From Lama guanicoe (lineage: Eukaryota), in assembly GCA_013239625.1 (NCBI GenBank), contig MU057344.1, positions 13,103,276 to 13,167,275 on the forward strand: a DNA stretch of 64,000 nt. The letters run 5' to 3'. Numbering within the stretch: the first letter of the stretch is position 1; the number at the start of each line of letters is the position of its first letter. Made by a program: the position numbers and the translations under genes. Shown here one piece after another: positions 27,276-40,800 of the stretch. The notes beneath the pieces are model-generated. The model had not been told where the DNA came from, searched no databases, and was given only the letters and a program-made list of their open reading frames with translations.

Positions 27276-30200
27276 TAAAAAAGTAGAAAAATGGATGGAT
27301 TACTGCACACCCGCCTGCAACCCCCAACACAAAGCAGAAGTAACCACCCTCCGCCTCCCCCTCACCCCCACACAGATGTTGATTCTTGCAGCTGTCACAT
27401 CCCCGCGCCCTGCCCTGGCCCTCGCGCCGCAGCGCCCGGCACCGAGCTTGTGGGCACTAAGTGAAGCCTCACGGTGTGGGGTGGGGAGGAAAGGGTGCAG
27501 AGCAACTCTGCTGGGGCCCCTCAAACCGACAGAGATGGAGCAACTTTCTGCAGAGGGACACCTAAGCATAACAAACAAACAAATTAGCAAAGACCTCTCA
27601 GCAGACCCAGAGACAGGGATGGAGCTGCAGAGTGCTGTCACCACCAGCACCATTTATTTGTAAACTAGGCCTGCTACCTCCACTCACAAGGGGAGTGGAA
27701 AGGAATCCAAGCATGAGGATCTCAAGTCCCCACCTCCCCTGCGGCCCCCAGACTCCCCTCAGCCACTCAGAGGTCAGACTTGCGTTTCCACAGCTGCACG
27801 GCCAGTGCTGTCCTGGGGGCCCGGGCGACCCACCCCAACTGGCTTCCATTTAAAGGCGACCTGATTCGACACGAAGAGCCCATCTCTCTCGACAACTGGG
27901 GGCCTGGAATTTTCGAGAAGCCTGTAACTCACATCGCTCCTGGCTCACAGACGACAGCATTTCAAGCCGTTAGCCCTGGAGCCGGGGTAATTGTAGCTGG
28001 GGGAAAAATCATAACATTACCCAGAATATTCTGAGTGGAAGGGGCACTCAGAACACATTTAAGAGCTTAAATGGAGGCCATTTGAAAAAAGACAGATGGA
28101 CAGGAACGCTTAGATTTCAAAAGTCAGGCCTTTCATTTCCCTCAGAGAATGCTTTTTGTTTCAGCTAACAGGTTTCAAACAGTGCTGCTGGCAAACCATC
28201 ACACCATAAGGATCTTATTTAAGCAAACGATCAAACACAGTTAGGACAGAAATGTGTGGAGAAAATCAGAAGACCTTGAAGTTTTATACCAAGAAGAGAA
28301 AAAAGGAAAGCCCTGTGCCTGACACTCCGGGCTCCTCTCCGGCTGAAGTCCCCCAGGCCCCTCTAGGAGCCCCAGGAACGCGGTGGGAGCCAGCCGGCGG
28401 GGCGCCCTGGAGGGGCTGCAGGCACCACACCTCCGGGAAGGCCTGGCCTTGGCGCTGACTGGAAATGATCCCAGCCCTTCCACTAGCTGCTGAGGAGCAG
28501 CTGCCTCACACAGCAAGCCCTGGTTTCCAGGTGGAAAAAGGAAACATGACGACACCAAACAAGACTCAGCTCCAGGACCACCTCTTCCAGGAAGCCTCCT
28601 ATGAACCCGGTGCCTGGTGAGGCTGCTTGTCCTTTGGCCATGGGCTCCCTGGCCTGTCGGCCCCCTTAGCACCCTCTCCCCGTGAGGGCTAGGCCTGGCC
28701 CTACGCGCACAAGTGGGACAGCGGCCAAGCCTCATCTACCGCAGGGCACTCTCAGCGCCGCTGTGCTGGGACACGCACACCTGCACCTGCAGCTCCACCC
28801 GGAGCCCCTGAACTCAGACCACCCACAGCCTCCTTACCCGATATCTCCACTTCCATCCAGCGGGCAGTGTCAACTGTCCCCACACCAGCACCTCCCAGAG
28901 TCTGCCTCACCTCAATACACACTGACCCCACCTTCAGCAGCTCATCCTTCCACACCCTGTCCACCTGCAGACAGTGCTGCACTTTTAAAACCTGAATGCT
29001 TCACTTTTAATACTTACCTCACATTTGACTACTTCTCCCCAGTTCCACTCTAGTCTCCAGTCTGGATCAGGCCAAAATCTATTCTTTCCCTAATGACTAT
29101 CTGAAGCTAGGAAAGGGACGTGATTATAAAATAGTTGTCTTGTCTCTTTTAAAAAGTCACTATTAATTGAATCTTTGTAACTCACTCCAAGTTCTACACT
29201 GTTCAGCACTTTACACATGCTATTTCTTTTAACCCAAGTGCCCTGTACTAAGTCCTATTACCCTCATCCTGGCCTTGAGGGCCTCCCTGCTGGGCTGACT
29301 CTGACCAGCTCATCCTCACCCAGGGCCGTTAACGCCAGAACACTGTCCTCCTGGATGAGTGTGGGGACTGAACTTCTTTATCCTCAAATTTCATTTCAAA
29401 CTTGACCACCAACATCAGAGCCTTCCCTGTCTCTGCATCCCACCACTCCCTCCCCTGGTCCTTTGTTATTTCTTCATCCATTCTTCACCATCCACACTGT
29501 TTATGCACTTGCTAACTGCCCGGGTCCTTGACTTGGATACAAGCGGCACCGCAGAGTGACTTAGAACAGTGCCTGCCACAGCGAGCACCTGCTCACAGAG
29601 ATGTGTAATTAACATTCTGTTGAAAGAACGAATACTATCATTTCCATTCCATACATGAGGAAACTAAAGATCAGAGACAATAAGCAATTTGTCAAAGTTC
29701 CCGTCTGCTACAGGGGGCAGTGCTGACTCCAGCTATGTTTTCCTGCTTTCCTTTCTCAGGCCCACCCCCTCCCCACAAAAAGAATGAGGCTGAAGCCGTA
29801 AGACTCTGCCCAGGTTCTGTGGCCTCTACATAAACCTGAAGTAGACTGTGCTCTTCCTCCATCTCTAAGGCACCGACTACAGCCAACAACCACAGGAATA
29901 CTAGACTGGTTAAGGGATTCCCAATCTTTTTTAATAGGAAGAACTCCTAGACACCCTCAGAGACCTAGCTCTGACATCCTCTCCTTCGGGAGGTCTTCCT
30001 GGAGTTAACCTCAGCCTTTCCTAGGCTACCCTCACACCCTGAATAAGCCTAGCCCCGGCTGCACGAGTCATGTCTGCTCTAGACCAGTGATGCCCCAGGG
30101 CAGGGACAAATGTCAGCTCAGGTATTCACAGCCCTGGTGTTGATGGAAAGAGAAAGGGAGGGGCAGTGTGTCTGACAGCTTCATCCGCATGCCCTCAACC

Positions 30201-30515
30201 ACGCAGGCCCTCCCTGTGCTCAGATCCCACCAGGTGTGCACCCTGTACCCTCCCCTTTGCAGGACTTGATGCGATTGTAACGAAGCAGCTCACTGGTTTT
30301 GAACAACATCCTCCTCCCATTAGACTGTAAGCTCCACCAGGACTTCGGTTCACTGGAGGCACTCCATAAACATCTGTTGGTCGACAGGATGGAAGGGGTA
30401 CGAGGGAGGGAGGAAGGACGAGCAGAAGGACAAATAGAAAAAGGGCTGATAGGCTGTCAAAGCTCAGTGGTCCTTGGGCTGCTGGCAGAGGTACTGAGTG
30501 GCCTGAGGTACGGTG

Positions 30516-30679
30516 NNNNNNNNNNNNNNNNNNNNNNNNNNNNNNNNNNNNNNNNNNNNNNNNNNNNNNNNNNNNNNNNNNNNNNNNNNNNNNNNNNNNN
30601 NNNNNNNNNNNNNNNNNNNNNNNNNNNNNNNNNNNNNNNNNNNNNNNNNNNNNNNNNNNNNNNNNNNNNNNNNNNNNNN
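30516..30679 (-). other. CAPZB: 164-N assembly gap, inferred to contain CAPZB coding exon 3 (122 nt, VPSLCEDLL...DGDSYR)
   Basis: The exon-3 peptide was not found by eye or in the ORF track between exons 2 and 4. The gap is large enough, lies about 5 kb upstream of exon 4, and is preceded on the minus strand by a branch-point-like tgttattTTAACccatgttctg. The exon itself is not visible. Confidence 0.8.
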
Positions 30680-32309
30680 CAGAACATGGGTTAAAATAAC
30701 ACATCAAACCCAGGTCGGCCAACGGCAACTGGAGCCACACCGTGGTCAGTGTACTGAACATCTGGCCCTTGGTACCCTGCCAGGATTATGGGCTTGTTCC
30801 TTTCTTTTCCACATGTTTCTGACACCAACTGTGTCCCTCTGTAAAGAAACTTGTTCTTGAATTACAGGGGAGCGTGATTTCCAATACAGCCTTCCTTCCA
30901 AACTGCGTGCAGCTTTAATTACCTGGCCGCCGGGGTGGTCTAGCACATTTAAGTACATATGTGCTTGGTGTTGGTCTCTGGTGGGCAAAGTACAAGCTGA
31001 AGTCCTGAGAAGAAGGTAAACATCTGAAATACACAGGAACCCAAAGAACCGGGGAAGAATAACCCACCCAAGCGGGAGGACTCGCACAGGCTCCCGTGCT
31101 GGGTGGAGTTTCCAACGCTTTCCAGGCCCCCGGCCGAGCACTACCAGGTTGCCTTGTGGAGTCTGCCCTACCTGCTGCAAAGGCAGTGCCGCCCAGCGCC
31201 CCCAGCGCCAAGCTCCGGTTCTCAGGTTGACCCCGGGCCCCTGGCTGAGGCGGCGGCCCTGGGGGTGCGGCAGGCAGGGCTGAATCCCCGGGCAAACGCT
31301 GCTGAATCTGACACACAGCCCCGCTAGTAACTAGGCCCCTGGCCTCCTGCTCCCAACTCAAACATCAATTTCCACCAAAATATTCCAGGAAGGGATGGCA
31401 GTGCTCTCAGAAATGGATTCTTTCAGGCTTGAGTCACTTCCATGCTATATTTTCAATGTGCTGACTTACTCGTTTCACGGGCCTGGGTTTACGAAGGCCC
31501 CACCATATCATTTACCAGACAAGTGGCTGCCAACTGCACCAATAACCCTCCCAAATGGAAAAGTTAAGTCATGTGGCAGAGGCACCCAGAAGGGCAGCTC
31601 CGCAGAGGGGCTGACAGCTACAGCAGTGTCTGTGCCTCCAGAAGACCCACACCGCCAGCAGGAGGACATGGCTGGGGAGCACCGCCACCTCGGACACTAC
31701 CCAACCTCCATGGGCTTTCTCGAGTCATCTCTGCCGACCATGAGGGGCTTCAGAACTCAGCCTGGAAGGCACTGTCTGACACAACTGTAAGATGGTTCCC
31801 CTGCCTTGTGGCTCACATAAATGCTGGCCTCAGGGACATGATCAGTTTCTCATACAGGGAGCAGCACCAGCCCCCCAGAAATGCACACACCATTAACCCC
31901 ACAAGGTGTTTATTTCAGAATTCCTCCTTCTTGATGCAACAATCACCTGTGTACCCACCTCACCAGACAAACAAAAAAAAACCACACAAATAAAAATGGG
32001 GTTATTTACAATTAGTTTTGGTGATGAGAGTATCACCCCCTCCCATTTCCAAGGGGCTATTGTGGCTCATGCACTATGCTAGGCCCTTTGTATGGGCACA
32101 TTGTCTACTTAAAGCTCACACGCATCTCATGAAGTAGTTATGTATTGATTACAGATTACAGAACTGAAACCCAGAGCCACTAAGTTACCCAAGGTCCTCA
32201 CAAGAAGCAAGCAGTAGAGACAGAAATCTCCCCCTCGGACCGCCGGAACTCTGGTTTGGTAGACAGCTAAGAAGACTGGGCACACCAAAGGCACACACTG
32301 ATGACAGAG

Positions 32310-32310
<1 letters not shown>

Positions 32311-32346
<36 letters not shown>

Positions 32347-32445
32347 GGGGGCGCCCCCCCCCCCCCCCCCCAAANNNNNNNNNNNNNNNNNNNNNNNNNN
32401 NNNNNNNNNNNNNNNNNNNNNNNNNNNNNNNNNNNNNNNNNNNNN
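32311..32445. other. Poly-C tract abutting a 71-N assembly gap (32375-32445)
   Basis: About 34 consecutive C, then a G-run and another C-run, then N. Probably low-quality sequence. Confidence 0.9.
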
Positions 32446-35098
32446 CCCCACCCTCCCACCCCCACCCCTGCTCAGCTATGGATGGCCACAGACCCCTTCA
32501 CCTGGAAAAAAGTCCAGATCAACGCAGGGAAGATTTTAACAGCTTCCACCGAAGGCAGCTGGGATTTGAAGTAGTCTTGCTCTCCTGTCATTGGCCAAGT
32601 GAATGGCCCTGGGCGATATGCCTGCCTGTCACGTTACAGCCCTTCCTTGGCATCTCCATTCTGTTGGACTGCTACCTTGGCTTACCTGTTGGGCCCTGAC
32701 TTTTGCATAGAACCTCATTCAAACTTGTAGAGGCCCTGACACTATTGGCCTAATTTATCCTGGATTATAGAAAAGACCAAGCCAACAGGCTCTGAAGTTA
32801 GACTTCCTGATTCCTCTACTTACTGGCCTTCTGGAAGGGCAAGTCCCTTTACTGCTCTATCAAGACTCACATCCACACCTGTAAAGAAGGGATAATGAAA
32901 CCAAGCCAGGTGGGGAGTCCATGAGCTGGTGCACTCAGGACACGCCGATGCTCCCATTCCCGGTACGCCGTCTGCGCCTTGTCATTCTCAGGCAGCAGCT
33001 CCAGCCTAGATGGCACCCGAATCCACTGTACAGCCTCAGGCACTGGCTGCAAATGGACCACTGAGAGTCCAGTTCTTCTTAATCCCAGTTCTGTCCAGAG
33101 CCGGCTGTGTGGCCCCTTTCCCACTAGTGTGTTGCTGGAACTAAGTCCCCGCATAGGAAGGCTTACAGGATAATGGGATTTGGTAGAAAACAGGCTTGAC
33201 TTCACTCCTAACCAAGAGGTTAATCCATGGATCAAAAGCATTTCAGTAATTTCTTCCCAGCAGTTATCCTAACTGAAATTTTTGTATTGGTTTCTTTTCT
33301 GTCTCTCTCACTGGAACATAAATTGGACCAGGGCAAGGACTTCAGTCCTGTTGGTGGCTGTACCCTGTACCCAGAGCAGTGCGTGATACAGCAGGTGGTT
33401 GGCACATTAGGGAGGGAGCGGTTTCACAATAGGGAGCCTCCCAAATGCCAATCAGCTTTATCTTTAAATTAACAAACTGGTGTGCAGCAAGGATCTTCAT
33501 CGAAAGTTTGTGGTCAAGAACTAAACTTTGATGGACACTAATGACGATTTCACTGTGGTTCCAACCAGGCAACCCCAAATATGAACCGTGATGTGGTGGA
33601 AGAACACCAGAGCTGGAGTTTTAGTGAAAGTCCTGGCAGCTGTGTTACTACGTGAGCTCCAGGGGCACAACCCTAATGCTGGACTGGGGACTGAGACCCG
33701 GGCTCGGGCCACTGCTCGACTGTTCACTAGCCACATGGGCGTGGGCTTGGCCTGAGGTGGTTCGTCTGTCAAACAGTCGGTGAGCTCCATCAGAGACAGA
33801 CTGCTGCTGGGCTGTGGTAAGAGTCTTATTGCTTCAGGGAAAATAAGCCAGGTAAAGAAAGACTATAATTGAAATGACATTAAGTCCTCCATATGTTTGA
33901 ACGTATTCATCCTTTGAGAATGCCTTTTTTTTTCTCCAGTGTTAAGATGTCTATAATTTTATGAAATGGCAAGTTTTGTTTTTGTTTAAAAGGTTCACAA
34001 CCCAATGACTTACTCCTCTTCTGTTTTAAATATTTCTGGCCTGTGAAATCAAAAAATGTGGCAGCCACTTTTCTAGAAACTGGGATCCAGCGATCCCTGC
34101 CTGTCCAAGTGGATCAGGGTTATTTTCAAGGTCAGCATAAAGGACCAGGAGGGACTCCACTCCTCCCACTTTGTAACTCATGTCTTTCAAAGCAGACAAA
34201 GCAGATGAGGGCAACAGTGCAAAGGGTCGATGGGTGGTACAAGCTGTCATCAACAGCCACCCTTGTTGCCTGCCTGCCTGCCCAACCTCCTCTCCTACTG
34301 TTCTGGTCACAGGCCCCTCATTCCATACAGCTTGAGCCAGGCTGAGCTCCACTCTGCCATCACCATCACCATCACTGATGAGAGGGCCTATGCAGGGAAA
34401 AGTTCTCTCTGGGGGGATATGTGGCCCACCTTCTTTCTGCCAGGGAAGCTGGGTTTGGGGGAGGGTCCTGGGCTGCAGCAGGCACTGAGTCTCTGAGCAC
34501 AGCAGTGCCACGGTGATAGCACCTGAGCGCCCAGAAGCAGCTGCCCTTGAAGATCTGTGCCTGGACTTCTCTAAATCTATGGCCAGGTACTAACCAACCT
34601 CAGGCAAACACAATTCTAAACTGTAACTCCCTAAACTACGGCCATGCACAGAAAAACACAGAGAGCTCCTGAACAAGGAGTGTCCCGCCCTACCGTGAAA
34701 AGCACCTGGCACGTGACGTGGCGGATGATTCTTCACCCAATCACGTGCCATTTTCACTTTTTGGATAAACTCTCAAGTGGGGCCACATCTTCGTATTCCA
34801 CTTCCCTCCATCAGTCCTGTGTCTTTGTTCAACGATAAAATGCTCTGTGGGAATGATCGTGCTGTCGTCATGAGGAAGGAGAAGTGAGGACTACACGGTG
34901 TGCCCACCGACCTGCGCCAGAGCAGCCACCCGAGGGTGCGGTGGTCATGATCTGGCGCCACCCAATTCGTCGTACCCCACCCCACCCCGCCCTCCACTTC
35001 TGCCTAAACCCTCTCAAACCGCGACACTGCCCCACACACTGCTTCTGGGACGTGTAGGTTTGCACATGCGTTCTTCCCACTCAACAATCCTCCCCACT

Positions 35099-35231
35099 TA
35101 GGGTTGCTGGGTAAAATAATGCATCGGCCAGTTAAATTTTTATTTCAGATACATAATGAATATGACTTTGCTACAAGTGTGTCTCCAGTGTTACACAGGA
35201 CATATATTTTTTTGCTAAATCTGGCAACCTA
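35099..35231. mobile_element. MER53-like MITE (internally deleted) with terminal inverted repeats
   Basis: Starts tagggttgctgggtaaaata...ccagttaaatttttatttcagata and ends tttgctaaatctggcaaccta, matching the recalled MER53 ends. Confidence 0.75.
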
Positions 35232-38200
35232 CCCTCATACTCTTTAAATCCTACCATCCTTCAGGGTCCAGCCCAAACTCCAACTTCTCTGGAATTCCTG
35301 CAGGAACACTGATGTCACCTGAACCCCAAATGCTTTGGGGATGGCTGTCCTAACACTGCCATTGGCCCTCATTTTACTTCTTCCTCGATACTTAACATTC
35401 TTTATCGAGCGCTGACTCTGCCGGCAGAGGCAGGTCCTCTGGCCTCAGCCCAGCAGCACACGCACTGTGGTGGTGCTCCAGCATGTCTGCTGGCTTTCGT
35501 GGAAGTGGGTATTAATCCTGTGATCTGAGGTCACAGTATAGACCCAGAATAAAGGCAGTTTATCTCTGTAATCTAGTCAATTAGTTAATGACTCTCTCCC
35601 TACACTCATCCCAACCCTACCCCCACCTCCCAGCCATGTCAAGTGCTCAGAACAGTGGAAGGAATCACATTAACTCTCATGGATCATGAGTCTGCACAGC
35701 AATTTAAATGAAAGGACAGGTCCAAACAAGGCCGGGAGTTCACTTCAGGGTGCGAGTGTCATTGGCTCGGCCAACAACGGCGAGAACACGCGGTTGGTGC
35801 CGCCCGCCCAAGGGCCGGGTGGTTTCTGTCCAAACTGCCCATCTGAACTGCTTAACAGCCTTCGTAAGGAATGTTCAGATAACACCAAAAGGTGTCAGAC
35901 CGATCCAAGCTGTTGGGGGGATTTAAACCTAATTCTAAGTGACTTGGAATAATAAACAACGCCGCACTGGCCAACACAGCGTTCCCACCGCCGTTCTGGT
36001 GGTGAAGTTCAGGGCTCCATCATCTCTCACTGCCACGACCTCCTCTGTGGCCACATCCCTTAAACCACCATGCTCTTCACCACTGGTACCCCCATCTGGC
36101 TCATGGGTGCCCACAGGGCCACAGGAAAGATGGGACAAAAGGGGAATAAAATGAACTAGGGCCAGGGGAGGGAAAAAACCCAGAAGGTAGAAGGCAGGAG
36201 GGAAGCTACCATGCCATGAGCCTCAGGTGACAGCTTACTAAGTGCCTAAAGAGGAGGAGGATGTAGAGCGGCAGCTGGCGCACCAGGTGCTGTCCTGTAA
36301 ACTCCTCCTCCATCGTCTCCTTCCAGCTTCCAAGTATACAGACACAGTGCCCATCCCTATTTTAAAGAAGGGAAACAGGGCCTTAGAGAAGTAACTGGCC
36401 CCAAGTCACTCAGCTACTAGGCAATGTCTAAGAAAAGACATGTGAGATACAGTAAATCTGGGTTAAAAAAAACACATCCACTCTCGCTATTGCCCAAAAC
36501 TGAATACTCTTCTACTATCTGACCCAACAGCTGATCACATGAAAAGAGATACAAATCAGAAGTTTCCGGCCACAAGTGAGGTTTGCGTTTGGGCCGCCAT
36601 ATGGTTCTAGTTTGCCTCTTCCCCTTCTCCATTAGTTATTAATGTTGAAAAAAATTGTTCAACCAGAAAAAGAAACTTGAGATGAACCCTTAAAAAAAAG
36701 CACAAAAGCCAGACCAGTTCAACTCCATGGATAATCTAATCCACGGCGCCCTCGTCTTTAAGAAGTGCGCCCTTGTATCTCGGTTCTTAAAAAAATGGCC
36801 AAATGAACACATTCCGCCTTTTGATCTGCCCGCTGGCTGAGAGAGAAGAATCGAAAACAGACCCCGTTCGCTGGGTTGCACACACAGATGAGTAATGTTG
36901 CTGAAATCGTGGCTGGGCAGAGTCCTGGCCGGCACCCCTCCCCGCAGACAGGAAGCATCAGGATACCAGAGCTCCCTCCCGGTGGCCAGCAGAGGTCTCT
37001 GCTTACAATCTATTCCTTTTCTTTTTCCCAAGGCCCCAGACTTTCCCCCTTTTTCCCTAATAAGAATAAAAAAGAAAACAGGGAGAGTATTTTTAGTGAC
37101 ACACATGCTAGTGTCAGAAACACAACCTACAGTGTGGAGTTTTGGAAAACACCAACCTCAAAGTCAAACACAAGTTCAAATCCTTGGTCTGCCACTTCCT
37201 GGCTGAGTGTAACCTTCCTAAATCTCAGAACTGGGGGCTACACCACCTGTCTCAATAGATACCGACTGCCCACGCCAGACACGTGCTAGGCGCCACAGAT
37301 TTAGTGGCAGACAAGATAGCATGTTCCAGCCACTGGAAACAGACAGGGCGCAGGGAGCCACCCCGAGAGTGGCCAGGGCTGTGAAGCAACCCTGACGGAG
37401 ATGGAATGGGGGACTGAAGGGATTCAGTGGTCTGAGGTGAGCGGGCAGAGATGACATGTGAGGAAGGAGGAGAGACACTGGACTGTGAGGGAAGAGCCCA
37501 CATGAAGGCTCTGCAGCAGGAGGCCCCCAGGTGAGTGTAAGGGAGAGAAGCATCTGTGGGCTACAGTGGGACCAGGTGGGGCTGGAGAGGTGGACAGGGG
37601 CCAGTTGAGGTTGGAGTGGGACCTTAGCTAGGTGGCACAGTCGGTCACTCTGAATGTGATGGCAATCCCTGGCACATTGCTTTTCATAAAAACTTTTAAA
37701 GCGTCCCTCCCACCTCATCCCCAGCCTCCCAGGTGTCCAGGACTCGAGGACTAGTCCATGGAAGTGGGCCCAGGCAGCCTCCAGAGCCTACAGGAGATGA
37801 GAGACCCCAGCCCCACCCCACTGCTCAGGGCAGAGGAAATACAAGTCCTCCCCACAACTGCCTGGCGGCAGCTTTGTCACAAGGACCTCAGTTTGTTGCC
37901 ACCAGAAACGCTTTGGGCTCTGGAAGCACAGTCTCCATGTGAACTGATCTAACGCCTCTCTGAGTGCTCGCACTGGGGAACCTCCAAAACAGTAAATTCA
38001 CTCGGATGGTTGACCTGAGTGAGCGGAGGGGGAGCCCAGGGCCCCACTCACCTCCAGGAACACTTGCTCACTCCCGGGAGGCCTCAAGGCCTGTTACTTC
38101 AGGATCCAAATGTTATCAAGCACCTCCCTGGAGGCAGGGCTCCCTGGCGATGACCCTCCCTCCCTACCGTGTGGACGAGGAAACCCAAGTGCAGGGAAGC

Positions 38201-40711
38201 TGCTCATTCAGTCCACGAGGGGTGGAGCAGAACTGGAATCTAAGTTCCAGGCTCTGACCCAGCAATTCCAAAGCACAGGCCCCACCAGGCCGACAAGGGG
38301 AGGGGCTCTCGCTCCCAACCCCTCCTCCAGCTGGGCTCTGAGGAGTGGGGGTTAAGAAGGGAAGAGAACTGGGGGGACTCTAGGTCTGTACTCCCCTACT
38401 CCTGCACTGCAAAAAAGGACCCCACGCCACCACCCAGCACAGCCTGAACCCAGGGGTGCCAGCCCTCCTCCAGTTTCAGATCTGGCCTCTCTTCTAATTA
38501 AGCTATCATTCCACTCTGAGAACAATATTCCTTAAGTACAAGTACAGACTGTACTTGAGGACTGTAAATTTTAAGATTTGCTTTTAAGGAACTCATCATT
38601 AAATGTACATGTCAAGTATAAGAAGCAATCTCTCCATTTCAGGAACATCAAAACATGAGCGAACTGTGCCCTTCAGATCCAGGACGCGGGTCTGGGCACC
38701 AGAGCCAGCAGACGAGGACTTGCTCATGAAAGGCACATGCTGTCGGCCGGGGTCACGACACTGAGGGGCTAACACACATGAAGCTGCCAGTGGGGCCAAG
38801 GTTAGGAAATTGTTTCTAATCGACACATTTTATTTTCCTTAGAAATCAATTTTTCAGGTACCACTGACAACAAAAGGCTTTCTCAAGAAACAATAAGCCC
38901 TCCTTCTCCCTTCCTTTTCTCAGGCAGGTGCCCCAAACCACCCCAGAGATAAGTAAGAAACAAAGCACACATCCTGGGCTGGGTTTTGGCCATTCACACT
39001 CCAAAGCTTTGCCCTCTGGAAGCTCACGGCCTGGAATAAGAGGCCAGAAAGGTTTTCTAAAAGAAGGGTCAGGAAGGGGCAGAACAAAGAGAAGACAAAT
39101 TGAAAGGAGAAATTAAAATCACTGTATGTGAGTCACCCAGGGGCACACACAAGGCCCCTGTTGTCCACGTGTAACCTTACGCTTCCCAGAAGGGGACAAA
39201 CCAGGCACTTGGAGTCTAATTAAATTAACCATTCCCTGGCCAGGAGCGAACTCATCACGAGTGTCTGCAGAGAGAAGCCAGGGTCTTTCTAAGTTACCCA
39301 CTCCTCTTCATTCAGGACTGGTCCCCGAGGGACAGGGCACAACACACAAGTACCTTCAAGAAGCCAGAGGCAGAAAACTCACTGGGTCTAAGTTACCTGC
39401 ACTGGGTCCCGAGAGCTGCACATGGCCATCTAGCTGGAATCAGAAGTTGCCGCACATTGGGCAGATAACTTCCTCGGCCTGGAGAGCAGCAGACAGGAAG
39501 GCTCACCAACCCAGCCTCAGTCCCAGCCTCCCACCGCACTCCCACGGCTCCCACGAGGCCCTCACCTGCCGCTCCACCCAACACCCTGGACAGGCTACAG
39601 GCTCTCCACCAGGATCGTCTGTCCTTCTCCCAGGGCTACCCAGAGACCCCCAGTTATCCTTCAAGGCCCTCTTCTACGTATTCCCAAGGCTTCCTTAGCG
39701 GAGGCAACAACCCTCATTCATGAGCCCCCGGGCTATGCTCCTGCACACTGTACAAGACTCAGTCCCGGGCCTCACAGACTCAGGACGGGTGTCCTTCCTC
39801 AGGCCAGGGATGAGATGTCTGGACTGCCTCGGGCCTAGCCTAATGCTGGCAGGGCTTCCTAAATGTCGGTGAGGCCATGGTGGATTGTGGGAAAGGAGGG
39901 CCACTCAGGTTGAGTCCTAATCTTCTGAAGCCCACATCTCCCTCAGCGGAAGCTCCCCTGACGTCCTTCAGTGCCCCAGAGACCGACTGGGGGCCGGCTG
40001 GGCGGGCGGGGTGGGAGTGCGATGACCAGGGGCTCTGCATCCCGGCGACCCAGGGCTTCCCAGGTCGGATGGAGATTCAAGCTCCTGCACCCTCTTTGGG
40101 CTGTGGACCACCATCCTGCTAGGGCCAGCTGGGCTGGCCTTGCCCCTCACGCTCCACGCAGGCACCTCCCTGAAGCTGGTCCTACAGCCTTCCCCGTGCG
40201 AGGAAGGCAACCGCGGACAGAGAGCTGAGGTCTCTTCCTAGGTGGCCTGCGGTCCCGCTTCCTCAGTCTATGTGGTTAAAGCAATAAATACTGCAGTCTC
40301 ATAAACCACCTCAAATTTTTTGGGGAAAAGGACCAGGTATAAATATATAAGAACAAATTGTATATAAAGCGGTCTTTTTGTAAAGACACTGTAATTTCAT
40401 GGGCAGAACAGAGGGTCTTCACTCTCTATTTTAGTATTATAAAAGTGATGGTTCTAGTGACAGCAAACATGTTTGTAAGTGCTTGCTATGCACGAGACAC
40501 TCTTTTTTTTGATTTGTTTTGTCTAAACATTTATTGAAGTATAATGTATGCATCACAACTGGACAACTTCCTGAATTTTCACAATGTGACATGCCCGTTT
40601 TGCCAGCAGACTCTCTCCTGAGCATGCAACACACATCCTCACTTTATCATCATGGCAACCCGGTACCAAGCAGTGGTACTACTGTTATCCTAACTTATGC
40701 CAAGGTATGAT

Positions 40712-40800
40712 TATTTACAGATGAGGACACTGAGGCACAGGTAGGTTAAGTAACTTGGCTAAGGTCACAAAGTTAGAAGGTGGCAGAGCCAGAATTCAAG
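40712..40800 (-). mobile_element. MIR SINE
   Basis: tttacagatgaggacactgaggcacaggtaggttaagtaacttggctaaggtcaca...ggtggcagagccagaattcaa. Confidence 0.85.

Noticed and set aside
32301-32699. Poly-Pro / poly-Gly ORFs
   Set aside because: They are translations of a poly-C tract and N gap; likely low-quality sequence.
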